Positions 9,146-18,181 of a stretch of DNA of 47,180 nucleotides are shown here, in pieces. Every line of letters begins with the position of its first letter. The first letter of the stretch is position 1. The notes below the pieces were generated by a model. The model ran no database searches. It was not told the DNA's origin and saw nothing but the letters and a program-made list of their open reading frames with translations. The DNA is taken from positions 1-47,180 of the forward strand of contig JABABZ010000002.1 in assembly GCA_014237965.1 (NCBI GenBank). Direction: 5' to 3'. Position numbers and translations under genes: made by a program. Origin of the DNA: Phycisphaerales bacterium. Its GTDB lineage: Bacteria > Planctomycetota > Phycisphaerae > Phycisphaerales > SM1A02.

Positions 9146-11122
9146 TCACTTCGAAGACACGACCCGCCGGGGATCTCCGCCACCGAACTGTTCGAAACAC
9201 TCGGCGGCGGTTCGGCCATGATCGTCCTCGATCTCGAGATCCGCGCCGTGGGATGCGAGCAGGTCCACGAACGTGGCGTAGAACTCCGCGGTTTCCGGGT
9301 TCCGGAGTCCGGTCTTGATCGCCGCGACGTGAGCGGGGGTGTGCCCATGTTGGTCCGGAAGATTCGGATCGGCGCCGGCACGCAAGAGAGCTTCGACGTC
9401 AGCCTTGTTCCCGGTTCGAACCGCCACGAACAATGCGGTCCGGCCGAACTCGTTTCGGGCATCGAGCGATTCACATTTCGTGATCAGAATCGGCATCGGA
9501 TCGTAGATCCTTGTCGCCTCCGGCCGTCGGGCCGCATTGTGGAGCGGCGTGTTCCCGAAAGCGTCCCGGATGTCATCGATGCGATCGCATTCTTCAAGTA
9601 CGGAAACATCACGGGTCACGTAGGCCTCGACGAGAACCGGCGAACCTTGCCGGGCTCGGTCGAACTGGAGCATCGCACCGAGCAACAACGCGATGGCTCC
9701 GATCAGGACGGTGGTGGGCGCGGAGACTCGAATGAGGTTCAGAATCGAGAAGTCGGCTTCGCCCGGATCGGACCGGGACTTTCTCCGTCCCATGAAGAAG
9801 TCACCGAGCCATCCGTAGCGGACGAACGTGTTGTACGACCAGTAGATGATGACGGTGGACACGACGAGGACCACATAACTCTTGAACAACGAGCTTCCCC
9901 ATTCGATCTGTTGGGCGAGGTACGAGAGCTTGAAGGTGATCGGAAGGTGAACGAAGTAGACCCAGTATGCGGAGTCCGCGAGATAGCGGACCGCGGGGCG
10001 GCCCTTGTTCAAGTAGCGATGGGCGAGCCCGATGAACCCGATGCAGAGCGTCCAGCACAGGGCGGCTCGAATGAACGCCATCACGACCTTGTCGATGCCG
10101 CCGTGGAAGATGCCTTCCCCATGCAGAACCGGAAGAGCGAAGCTCGCGGTGCTGGTCTCGAACACCGTCCAGGTCGTCACGTCGGTGACCACCGGCGCCG
10201 CGAGGTCGATTCTTGTGGTCGGCATCGCCACGAGGAAGAGGAACGGAAACGAGATCGCGATCAGGAACCAGGCGTTCTTCGCCATGTCGGCGAGCAGATG
10301 CCGATTGATGTAGAGACCGGCGCCGAAGAGGTAGAAGGCGAGATAGAACGTCAGATCGAGGAGCGGCACGTTGAAGCCGGTCGGCGGCAGGAAGATGCTG
10401 ACGATCAGGTACTGGAACGGGAAGCTGAAGATCGCGAGGGCGAGGAAGCCCCAGCGGGTGCCGGCGGTCATTCGCATCAGGGCGTCAGCGCCCGGAATTC
10501 GGTTGATGCCGAGACGAAGGAACACCGGTCGAAGCAGGAAGTGGGCCGCATAGAAGATCAGGAGATAAAAGAGGAACCAGTAGTGAATCAGACCGTCCTT
10601 GATCCCCGGAACATCGTCGAGCGTTCCGAAGAGGAAAACCGATCGGAATCGCTCGGGGAAGTTCATCCCCTCGAAGGTACTGGTGTAGTAGTTGCCGGAG
10701 CCGCCGTTCATCAGGAGTAAATGAACCGGCATCAGGATCAGGATCCCCGCCACGAACGGAAGCACGATCCGCTTTAGCCGATCCCCCACCAGGTGATGGA
10801 ATCCCTTTCGATCGATCACCAGCTGTGCGAAGAAGCCCGCCATCAGGAAGAAGAGCTGCATCCGGAAGAGATGGATGAAGCTGAGGAACTGCAGGTTGAT
10901 CTCGTCGCCGACGTACTCCCCGGTCCCCCAGAAGAGCTCGCGGGGCGGCATGAAGAAGATGCAGACGTGCAGCAGCAGTCCGAGCAGCATCGCCGCCGCC
11001 CGGACGAAGTCGAGATCGTGGTAACGCTCGTTCTGCAATTCTCTCTCCCAAGAAAGACGACTTGTCTGTCTTCTTATCAGTCTACCGCCGTGATAGCCAG
11101 ACCGTCTGACAACGATCGCCAT
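9146..11122 (-). CDS. Acyltransferase-3 family membrane protein fused to C-terminal ankyrin repeats
   Basis: N-terminal ~430 aa are polytopic with an acyltransferase_3-like start (YHDLDFVRAAAMLLGLLLHVCIFF) and about 10 TM segments. One extra TM follows (APTTVLIGAIALLLGAMLQF). Clear ANK repeats come next: GNTPLHNAA, GRTALFVAVRTGNKADVEALLRAGADPNLPDQHGHTPAHVAA, LLASHGADLEIEDDHGRTAAE. Confidence 0.8.
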   Translation of the reverse strand: MAIVVRRSGYHGGRLIRRQTSRLSWERELQNERYHDLDFVRAAAMLLGLLLHVCIFFMPPRELFWGTGEYVGDEINLQFLSFIHLFRMQLFFLMAGFFAQLVIDRKGFHHLVGDRLKRIVLPFVAGILILMPVHLLLMNGGSGNYYTSTFEGMNFPERFRSVFLFGTLDDVPGIKDGLIHYWFLFYLLIFYAAHFLLRPVFLRLGINRIPGADALMRMTAGTRWGFLALAIFSFPFQYLIVSIFLPPTGFNVPLLDLTFYLAFYLFGAGLYINRHLLADMAKNAWFLIAISFPFLFLVAMPTTRIDLAAPVVTDVTTWTVFETSTASFALPVLHGEGIFHGGIDKVVMAFIRAALCWTLCIGFIGLAHRYLNKGRPAVRYLADSAYWVYFVHLPITFKLSYLAQQIEWGSSLFKSYVVLVVSTVIIYWSYNTFVRYGWLGDFFMGRRKSRSDPGEADFSILNLIRVSAPTTVLIGAIALLLGAMLQFDRARQGSPVLVEAYVTRDVSVLEECDRIDDIRDAFGNTPLHNAARRPEATRIYDPMPILITKCESLDARNEFGRTALFVAVRTGNKADVEALLRAGADPNLPDQHGHTPAHVAAIKTGLRNPETAEFYATFVDLLASHGADLEIEDDHGRTAAECFEQFGGGDPRRVVSSK

Positions 11123-11331
11123 CCCGCGAAGTCCTCCTGGTCAGGAAACGGTCCGGCATCCGATTCGTCACCGGAACCTCGGATGACCGCCGAGCCACGG
11201 AGCCACTGCAGAGTCGAGAGAAGTTCATCATCGTCGATGCGTCGCCCTCACGGAACGCATCCGATTGCAATGAAGGCGGCGGCCAGATGCACTTCCGCGA
11301 ATCATCGCCCATCTTCCGCGAAATGACACGG

Positions 11332-12003
11332 TCAACCTGGTTTGGAGCCGGCCCGCCGCTCCCGCAACCACGACGCCCGGGCGCGGGGAATGTGGACGTG
11401 GCCCGACTTGGACCGTCGCGACCACACGATGATCATCACGACGATCGTCGCCACGAGCAGGGCGCCGACGCCGATGGTGACCCAGTGCAGCGGGCCACTG
11501 GTCGACAGGCCTCGCTGGGCAGCAAATCCGAGGCCGAGCTGGATTCCGACGCTCAAGACCGCCGTGGAAAGTTCGACGAGCAGGAACACGCCCCACGAGA
11601 GATGCACGAGCCCGCCGACCGCGACACCCACGGTTCTCGAACCGGGAATGAACCGCGATACGAGCAGCACCCACGTGCCGTGACGGTCGTAGAGCGCCTT
11701 GACCTGAAGGATGCGCTTCGGATGCGCCTGTTTTCGAAACCAGTGCGTCCCGACCAGTCGACCGCCGAACTTCCGGCAGACCAGGAACCAGAGCGTGTCA
11801 CCGCCAGTGACGCCGAGGTAGGCGGCAAGCACCGTCCAGAACATCGGGAACTTCCCGGCCGCGATCTCCCATCCGGCGGGAATCACGATCAGATCCTCGG
11901 GGAGATGGAGACCCACGCCCGCGATCACCAGCAACCCGAAGACCGCAAGTGGTCCGTAGAGGTCGAAGAGGTGCTGGACGAAATGATCTGCGGTTTCGTG
12001 CAT
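11332..12003 (-). CDS. DedA/SNARE-associated family membrane protein
   Basis: 223-aa polytopic protein with the DedA-type motif VSRFIPGSRTV and LPEDLIVIPAG. ATG at 12003-12001. Confidence 0.8.
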   Translation of the reverse strand: MHETADHFVQHLFDLYGPLAVFGLLVIAGVGLHLPEDLIVIPAGWEIAAGKFPMFWTVLAAYLGVTGGDTLWFLVCRKFGGRLVGTHWFRKQAHPKRILQVKALYDRHGTWVLLVSRFIPGSRTVGVAVGGLVHLSWGVFLLVELSTAVLSVGIQLGLGFAAQRGLSTSGPLHWVTIGVGALLVATIVVMIIVWSRRSKSGHVHIPRARASWLRERRAGSKPG

Positions 12004-12088
12004 GGATGATTGCTTTCAGCATGCAGTATCCATGGTTCCGGCCACCTCTGCAGCGAACTCTCCCAGCGACGGATGTACACTTCGCCGG

Positions 12089-13117
12089 ATGCTCCTACTC
12101 GCCCAAAGCTACATGCACGATCTTTCTCCGTTCGCGATTCGGGTCGGGGACGGATTCGGTATTCGCTGGTACGGGCTGGCCTACCTGAGCGGGTTCATCG
12201 GCGGCTGGCTGATCCTGCGTTGGATGGCCCGGACCGGTCGGGGGCTCCTTCGGCCTGAGCAAGTCGGTGACTTCATGACCTGGATGGTCATCGGCGTCCT
12301 GGTCGGCGGCCGTCTCGGCTACGTCTTCTTCTATTCGATCGACCTTCTCTGGACCTTCTCGGGGTCATTCCCATTCTGGGGGGTCCTTGAGATCCACAAG
12401 GGTGGCATGGCCAGCCACGGCGGAATCGCCGGCGTGATGGTCGCCTGCATCCTCTACGGACTGAAGAACCGCATCACGCCGTGGCATCTCCTCGATTGCG
12501 TCGCCTTCTGCGCTCCGATCGGCCTCGGGCTCGGGAGGCTTGCCAACTTCGTCAATGGGGAGTTGTGGGGACGACCACTCGATCCGGATCGCCAATCGTC
12601 GCCACCCTGGTGGAGCGTGAAATATCCGGACGAGATGCTCGAGCCGGACTTTCAGCACGGATCCGGCGTCGACGGGCTCGCAACGATGGTTTCCAATCCA
12701 AATGGCGAGTGGGGGCGACAGTCGCTCCGCGACGCGGTCTACTCGGGTCGTGCGGACGTCTCGGATGCGATCTCTCCGTACCTCACCGCCTACTACCCGA
12801 GCCAGCTCTTTCAGACGTGCACCGATGGCCTCTTCCTCTTCGCGCTCCTCGCGATCGTCTGGCTCCGTCCGAGGAAGCCCGGGCTGATCGGCGGGTGGTT
12901 CATGATCGGCTACGGGGCGATGCGGATCATCTCGGAACAGTTCCGGGCCCAGTACCTCACACGGTGGGGGGTCTCCAGCATCTGGCCGGCAGCCGGGCTC
13001 AGCGCCGTCATGATCGCCATCGGTCTGATCATGATCTGGTGGTGCCTTCGCCGAACGGACGACAAGGTCGGCGGCCTGCTCGACCCGAAGGCGCTCGCTG
13101 CAAGACCGAGTGCCTGA
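12089..13117 (+). CDS. lgt: Prolipoprotein diacylglyceryl transferase
   Basis: Motifs GIRWYGLAYLSGFIGGW, GGMASHGGIAG and GRLANFVNGELWGRP. ORF 12002..13117 trimmed to ATG 12089, which puts WYGL about 27 aa from the start, as in characterised Lgt. ATG 12113 is also possible. Contains an insertion (DPDRQSSPPWW...YYPSQLFQ) compared with E. coli-sized Lgt. Confidence 0.9.
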   Translation: MLLLAQSYMHDLSPFAIRVGDGFGIRWYGLAYLSGFIGGWLILRWMARTGRGLLRPEQVGDFMTWMVIGVLVGGRLGYVFFYSIDLLWTFSGSFPFWGVLEIHKGGMASHGGIAGVMVACILYGLKNRITPWHLLDCVAFCAPIGLGLGRLANFVNGELWGRPLDPDRQSSPPWWSVKYPDEMLEPDFQHGSGVDGLATMVSNPNGEWGRQSLRDAVYSGRADVSDAISPYLTAYYPSQLFQTCTDGLFLFALLAIVWLRPRKPGLIGGWFMIGYGAMRIISEQFRAQYLTRWGVSSIWPAAGLSAVMIAIGLIMIWWCLRRTDDKVGGLLDPKALAARPSA

Positions 13118-13124
13118 ATGAAGA

Positions 13125-13152
13125 CACCGCCCGGTCTGTGGATCGGGCGGTG
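13125..13152. terminator. Hairpin in the convergent lgt / B12-domain gene spacer (possible bidirectional terminator)
   Basis: Perfect 9-bp stem CACCGCCCG (13125-13133) / CGGGCGGTG (13144-13152) with a 10-nt loop. No clear T-tract on either side, hence moderate confidence. Confidence 0.5.
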
Positions 13153-13202
13153 CATCGGAGGGTCGAGACCCTTCGCTTCATTCTGTTGATGGACGATCGC
13201 GA

Positions 13203-13904
13203 TCAGGCGGCGCGAGTCGCCTTGCCACGACCCACCGTCCGTTCGTCGAGGTTGGCTCGAACTTCCGGATACTCCTCGAGCTGCTCGAGAAGGTCGTCGG
13301 GGCCGGTGGCCCAGAGATCCGCACCGATCTCCTCGGCCAATCCCGCCGCTCGGTTGAAGATCCCGCCGCCGACCACGATCTGCATGTTGGGGAAAGCGTT
13401 GATTTCCCGGATCTGATCGATCAGCTGTCGGATTCCCGGTGCATCGGAACCGCCGGAACTGAACATGAGAAGCACGTCGGGACGACGTTCGTGGGCTTCC
13501 TGCATGATGTCGTCGTGCGCGATGTTTCCACCACCGTAGGTGACGTCGTATCCGTCTGCTTCGAGAAGGTCGACGATCACTCGAGCAGCCAGGTCGTCCA
13601 GTTCGGTGGGTCCGCAGAACATGCAGATCGATCGATTCCGCGAAGGCTTCGTTTCATATCGGCTCTGGTTCTGCGCGATCAGACCGGAGAGTGTTCGCGT
13701 GGCGTACTGCTGGGCGAGCTGGGTCATCTGGTCGTTTCGATAGAGCGTCGTGATGTTGCTGATGGTCGGCCAGAAGACTTCGCGGGCCAGAGTCTCGGCG
13801 TTGATCTCGTGTTCGGTCGCGGCATCCACCATTCGGCGGGCTGCGTTTCGGTCGCCCGAGATGAGTGAGGAGAAGAGGCTTTCGATGAAGAGGTCGGTGT
13901 TCAT
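13203..13904 (-). CDS. Cobalamin (B12)-binding-domain-like protein lacking the DxHxxG histidine
   Basis: Trimmed to ATG 13904 (AGGA 6 nt upstream). N-terminal helical cap, then a Rossmann-like B12-binding fold: ICMFCGPTELDDLAARVIVDLLEADGYDVTYGGGNIAHDDIMQEAHERRPDVLLMFSSGG...MQIVVGGG. The position normally holding E/DxHxxG reads ELDDLA. Confidence 0.65.
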   Translation of the reverse strand: MNTDLFIESLFSSLISGDRNAARRMVDAATEHEINAETLAREVFWPTISNITTLYRNDQMTQLAQQYATRTLSGLIAQNQSRYETKPSRNRSICMFCGPTELDDLAARVIVDLLEADGYDVTYGGGNIAHDDIMQEAHERRPDVLLMFSSGGSDAPGIRQLIDQIREINAFPNMQIVVGGGIFNRAAGLAEEIGADLWATGPDDLLEQLEEYPEVRANLDERTVGRGKATRAA

Positions 13905-14195
13905 GTCGATTCCTGCTAGGGCCCGGTGTGGGCGAGGCGATCCCGTACGGCGCCGATCCTTCGGCGTCGGAAAGCGGTCTCTGGAAGCTGATGGAGTCGA
14001 GATCCTCTCGACGGTGATGATTTCTCCGACGGGCGTGTCCCCGTCGCTGAAGAGTTTTTCGACGCAATCACCGCCCGCTCCACACCGCACGTGGATTTCG
14101 AGTTACCGGATCTGGAATGACCGGTTATCGACCTGCCGAGTCAGCGAAACGCCTGGTCGCGGGGGATTATCAGCCGCCTTCGCGGCGGGCTCGCG

Positions 14196-14699
14196 TCACG
14201 TCGGCGGCGGGAATTCGTTCATCCACTCGAAGACGCTGCTCTGGGGGAGATCATCCACTCCGAGATGCCGGAGCATGTTGATGCATTGAGCGCGATGGTG
14301 CATCGAATGCGTCATCACATGGGCACAGATTCCACCCCTGGTGAAGACGAACTCCTTGCCGTCACGTTCGCGGCTCATGGTGTCGTCGAATCGTCCGTCC
14401 AACACGGCGGCTTGAAACGCGATGCTTGCGGAGGATTGGGCGGCACGGAGTTCCTCGATCGAATGCGCCGTCTCGTCTTTCATGTCGGCGAACGGATCTT
14501 CGACCTCGTTCAAGACGCCGGTCCAACCGACCATCGCTCCAAGGTCGTGGATCAACGACTTCCGTATCGAGCCAAGCCCCATCTCGAACTCCCTGTCCAG
14601 CGCTTCATCGTCGAGTGGCTGACAGGCATCGAAGAGACGTTCGTTCGCCCAGGCATCGAAGTCGAGGAGTACGAGATCGGGTCGAGTGGGAGGATTCAT
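14196..14699 (-). CDS. DinB-family (DinB_2-like) metal-dependent protein
   Basis: 167 aa with FDAWANERLFDAC at the N-terminus and His-rich motifs HDLGAMVGW and HVMTHSMHHRAQ. Its ATG overlaps the upstream DASS gene stop (ATGA at 14696-14699). Confidence 0.75.
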   Translation of the reverse strand: MNPPTRPDLVLLDFDAWANERLFDACQPLDDEALDREFEMGLGSIRKSLIHDLGAMVGWTGVLNEVEDPFADMKDETAHSIEELRAAQSSASIAFQAAVLDGRFDDTMSRERDGKEFVFTRGGICAHVMTHSMHHRAQCINMLRHLGVDDLPQSSVFEWMNEFPPPT

Positions 14700-16267
14700 G
14701 AAGACGGGTCCGATTCGGATGGGAGCGAGAAGGAGGAAGAGGAGGGCGACACCAGGTCTTGATCAACCCCCTCGGAGGCCTTTGAAACCAGGAACATGGC
14801 CAAGGTCGAGATGATCGCCACGCCGATCAGATTGAGCACGAAGCCCTCTCGCATCATGCGGTTGATCGGAACATCCTCGGTGCCGTAGATCGCGGCGTTG
14901 GGCGCCGTGGCCACCGGCAACATGAAGGCACAGCTCGCGCTCATCGCTGCAGGAGCCATCAGGATCACCGGGTCGATGCCGAGCGCCATCGCCGTGGCCC
15001 CGAGAATGGGCATCAGCAAGGCGGTCAGTGCGGTATTGCTGGTGATCTCGGTCAGGAAGGTGGTCAGGAGACAGACCAACCCGACCATCACCGGAATCGG
15101 AATTCCCCGCATGCCGGTGAGATTGCCCGCGATGACTTCGCTCAAGCCCGTCGATTTGAAGGCCTGAGCCAGCGCGATCCCACCGCCGAACAGGAGGAGC
15201 ACGCCCCAGGGAATCGTTCGAGCGTGCGCCCAATCGAGCAAACGGCCTCCTCGGGAGTCGGGAAACGAGAAGAGCGCCACGACCACCAGTGCCGCGACCG
15301 TGGCCGAACCCGAACCGCGAGCATCGATGACGCCTCCGGTCGCGAGACGGAGCAGGCCGGTCCATCCGCCGCCTCCATCCTCCATTCCCTGCGCGGTGAA
15401 CCAACCGATCGGAAGGGCGGGATACTTCTGGAAGATCCACAGGCCCGCCGCCGTCGCGAACATGAACAACACTCGTCGTTGTCCCGGCGTCCAGGCCTCT
15501 CCCTTGGGGAGATCGAAGGTCTCTTTTCCGGAGAGCCCGCGGGTCAGCCACCACCAGGCGATCGGAACGAAGAGGACGACGACGGGAACTCCGGCCTTCA
15601 TCCACTCGAGGAATCCATAGGAACCGTCTCGAACCCCGAGTTTGTCGAACGCACCCATGAAGATGATGTTCGGTGGGGTTCCGATCGGCGTGCCGATGCC
15701 GCCGATGTTCGCCGCATAGGCGATACCCAGCAGGAGCGGAATCGCGAACTTGCGATCACTGGTGCCGCTGATGACCGCGAGCGCGACCGGAAGCATCATC
15801 AAGGTGGTCGCCGTGTTGGAGATCCACATCGAGAGCGCCGCCGTGGCGATCATGAAACCGAGAATCACGCTTCGGCCACCATGGCCTCCGAGCCGTGTGA
15901 CGCCCTGAACCACCGCGATCGCCACTTTCTTGTGGGCGCCGGTGCATTCCATCGCCCGGCTCAGCATGAACCCGCCCATGAGCAGGAGAATCAGGCTGTC
16001 TCCGTATGCGTGCGCCGTCGACTTGTGGTCGAGCAGGCCGAGGGTGGGGAGCAGGGCCAGTGGAATCAGGCTCGTGGCCGGCACGGGAACCGGCTCGGTC
16101 ACCCACCAGATCGCGCACCACAGGGTCACGCCGGCGAGGAGGGAGTCATCGAGTTCAAGCCCACCGGCCCGAAGCGCCAGCGCAAAGACCGTCGCCAGGA
16201 TCGGACCCAGCGGCAGAGCCAGTCGTTTCACGATGGAGCCGCTCGAAGCGGCGCTCTCGGTGGTCAA
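14696..16267 (-). CDS. DASS/SLC13-family anion:sodium symporter
   Basis: 523-aa polytopic protein carrying both SNT hairpin signatures (MWISNTATTLMMLPV and EITSNTALTALLMPI). TTG start at 16267 with GGAG 8 nt upstream. The start overlaps the methyltransferase stop (TTGA). No in-frame ATG occurs near the N-terminus. Confidence 0.85.
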   Translation of the reverse strand: MTTESAASSGSIVKRLALPLGPILATVFALALRAGGLELDDSLLAGVTLWCAIWWVTEPVPVPATSLIPLALLPTLGLLDHKSTAHAYGDSLILLLMGGFMLSRAMECTGAHKKVAIAVVQGVTRLGGHGGRSVILGFMIATAALSMWISNTATTLMMLPVALAVISGTSDRKFAIPLLLGIAYAANIGGIGTPIGTPPNIIFMGAFDKLGVRDGSYGFLEWMKAGVPVVVLFVPIAWWWLTRGLSGKETFDLPKGEAWTPGQRRVLFMFATAAGLWIFQKYPALPIGWFTAQGMEDGGGGWTGLLRLATGGVIDARGSGSATVAALVVVALFSFPDSRGGRLLDWAHARTIPWGVLLLFGGGIALAQAFKSTGLSEVIAGNLTGMRGIPIPVMVGLVCLLTTFLTEITSNTALTALLMPILGATAMALGIDPVILMAPAAMSASCAFMLPVATAPNAAIYGTEDVPINRMMREGFVLNLIGVAIISTLAMFLVSKASEGVDQDLVSPSSSSFSLPSESDPSS

Positions 16268-16965
16268 GGTGAACGCTCCTCTTCGGACTTCGGCGTGGTC
16301 GCACAGGTCGCCATCGCCCAGACATGGACAGGGAAGTCGGGTTCATCATGAAGCGAATGCAAGCGGCTTCGATAGCTCGTCCAGCGAGTGAAGTTGGCCT
16401 TCACACACGCTCGGTTCCCCCATGATCCGGTCTTGATGCCTTCGAGGGGAAATCCGGCCTCGCCGAGGAAGTTTCGAAGACCGTCTTCCGTCCAGCGGGT
16501 GTAGTCGATCGGAAACCGATGCACCCGAACCAGAAATGGCGTCGAGATCAGGAATCGTCCGCCCGGCTTCAGCATGGAGAGAACATTGCCTGCCGCGCGG
16601 TAGGGGCGGGCGAGATGTTCGAAGACCTGGTCGGCGATGATCAGGTCGAATCGCGCCGACAACGGCTGGTCGCACACATCGAATGCCGGGAAACACTCCA
16701 TTCGATGGGAATGCCAGGGCCGTGCATCCCGCCATTCATCACCGGAGATCTCCAGAACTTCCATGTCTTCCGCGGGCAGGGTGTCGAGCCATGATTGGAT
16801 CTCCTTCTGCTGGACCACCCGGCCCCACTGAATCGGATCGAATCCGGTGAGGCGATCCGCCATTCGTCGGACACCCAGCAGATCGACCAGACGACCGACT
16901 CCGCGATGCCAGGCCGGTCGACGATTTTGGCCTTCCTCCTCGGCTCGGTCGATTCCGAGGCTCAA
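16264..16965 (-). CDS. Class I SAM-dependent methyltransferase
   Basis: Motif I-like VLEISGDEW and post-I/II region DLIIADQVFEHLARPYRAAGNVLSMLKPGGRFLISTPF. TTG start at 16965 with GGGAGG 7 nt upstream, overlapping the SGNH gene stop (TTGA). Alternative ATG at 16863 has no SD. Confidence 0.75.
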   Translation of the reverse strand: MSLGIDRAEEEGQNRRPAWHRGVGRLVDLLGVRRMADRLTGFDPIQWGRVVQQKEIQSWLDTLPAEDMEVLEISGDEWRDARPWHSHRMECFPAFDVCDQPLSARFDLIIADQVFEHLARPYRAAGNVLSMLKPGGRFLISTPFLVRVHRFPIDYTRWTEDGLRNFLGEAGFPLEGIKTGSWGNRACVKANFTRWTSYRSRLHSLHDEPDFPVHVWAMATCATTPKSEEERSP

Positions 16966-18113
16966 TGCGCGGCCTCCCCGGGACCAGTCTCGGCCCTCGC
17001 CGATCGAAGCACGGGTTCGAAGACATCCGCGTGCCGCATGAATCCAAGATCGGTGGGGTGCGAGGAATCGACGGTGGCCTCACCATCATCTCCCAGCAGT
17101 CCCGCTCCTTCTATATAGAAGATGCGATCGAACCCCTCGGCCGCAAGGGTGTCTCGAGCCGCCTTCAACGCTGCTCGATTCTCCCGGTTTCGATTCGCCT
17201 TGCCGGCGTTGAACGGCGCGTCCGCATAGGTCCGGTCCTCGACCAGGATGATCGGCACGCCGGGTCGCAACGATCGAAGGCGACGAACGAATGGTGCCGC
17301 TCGTTCCGCGACCTGACTTCCGTTCAGATTCGGAAGGCAATCAATGACGTACACCGATGCGTCGATCTCCGACATCAGGTCGGCCACCTCCATGTCCAGA
17401 GTTCCGCTTCCGCTGAATCCGAGATTGACGACAGGAACATCCAACCGACGACCGAGAATCGCCACATGTGCCATGCCGGGTCGAGAAGCGCAGGCGCCGT
17501 GCGTGATCGATGTGCCGTAGAAGACAACCGGCCCGTCTCGCATCTCCGCCGGACCGACGAAAGCGCCTTCCGCGGTACCGATCTCGATCGATTCCACACC
17601 GTTGTAGAGCGGGAGGTAGAGCATCCACTCCCGAATCACCGGTTCCAGCCTGCTTGCGAGGCGCTTCTGGTTCTCCACCGCGGAAGGCCGGCCGTTACCG
17701 ACCCATCGCCAACCCGAGTTTCCTGGAAGTTCCGTCCGAACGTAGAGATCCACACCGCTCACTCCGGTCGCAGGCATGTGTCTCGTCTCGAGGCGATCAC
17801 TGGTCAACTTCCAGCGCACGTCGATGAATGGGGAGTCGGAAAGGAAGCGGATCGCGATGCCGGCCGAATGGCGGGAGTTTCCCCAGACCGGCGGCCGGAC
17901 CAGGCTTTCCGCCCTGGCGGGTAGGCGATCCCAGGGCGCCTTTCGTTGCTCAAACGCCCGACCCTCGACCAGCAGATCGTTCGCATCGGTCCAATTCGTT
18001 TCCGAGAACGAACTCGCGTGAACGACCAGCACCGCCGCCAACATGGCGAAGATCGGCGTGGCACGGACGGTCATCGGTCGGCGAAACAAGGGCTTCATGC
18101 TGATGATCTCCAT
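16962..18113 (-). CDS. SGNH/GDSL-type esterase with N-terminal beta-sandwich (CE2-like layout)
   Basis: Signal/anchor PIFAMLAAVLVVHASS. Block I FYGTSITHG, block II NLGFSGSG, block V DSSHPTD (DxxH). About 190 aa N-terminal non-catalytic domain. Alternative ATG at 18098 has GGAG upstream. Confidence 0.75.
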   Translation of the reverse strand: MEIISMKPLFRRPMTVRATPIFAMLAAVLVVHASSFSETNWTDANDLLVEGRAFEQRKAPWDRLPARAESLVRPPVWGNSRHSAGIAIRFLSDSPFIDVRWKLTSDRLETRHMPATGVSGVDLYVRTELPGNSGWRWVGNGRPSAVENQKRLASRLEPVIREWMLYLPLYNGVESIEIGTAEGAFVGPAEMRDGPVVFYGTSITHGACASRPGMAHVAILGRRLDVPVVNLGFSGSGTLDMEVADLMSEIDASVYVIDCLPNLNGSQVAERAAPFVRRLRSLRPGVPIILVEDRTYADAPFNAGKANRNRENRAALKAARDTLAAEGFDRIFYIEGAGLLGDDGEATVDSSHPTDLGFMRHADVFEPVLRSARAETGPGEAAH

Positions 18114-18181
18114 CCGAATCGGACTGTCGAATCCAGATCCACCGGTGAGGGTGACGGTCGCTGTGATGATAAGGTGCGGCC

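Noticed and set aside
13905-14090. 62-codon N-terminal extension of the B12-domain ORF (start at 14090)
   Set aside because: The extension is Arg/Pro-rich and coincides with the stem-loop-rich spacer. ATG 13904 has an AGGA Shine-Dalgarno, and the helical cap domain starts there. It is not fully excluded.
13905-14195. Cobalamin riboswitch upstream of the B12-binding-domain gene
   Set aside because: On the coding (minus) strand I could not find the conserved core (GCCACTG-type motif) or a B12 box. The only B12-box-like octamer, GACCTGCC (about 14130-14137), is on the plus strand, in the wrong order relative to AGTCAG, with no plus-strand gene downstream. An Infernal/Rfam scan for RF00174 would settle it.
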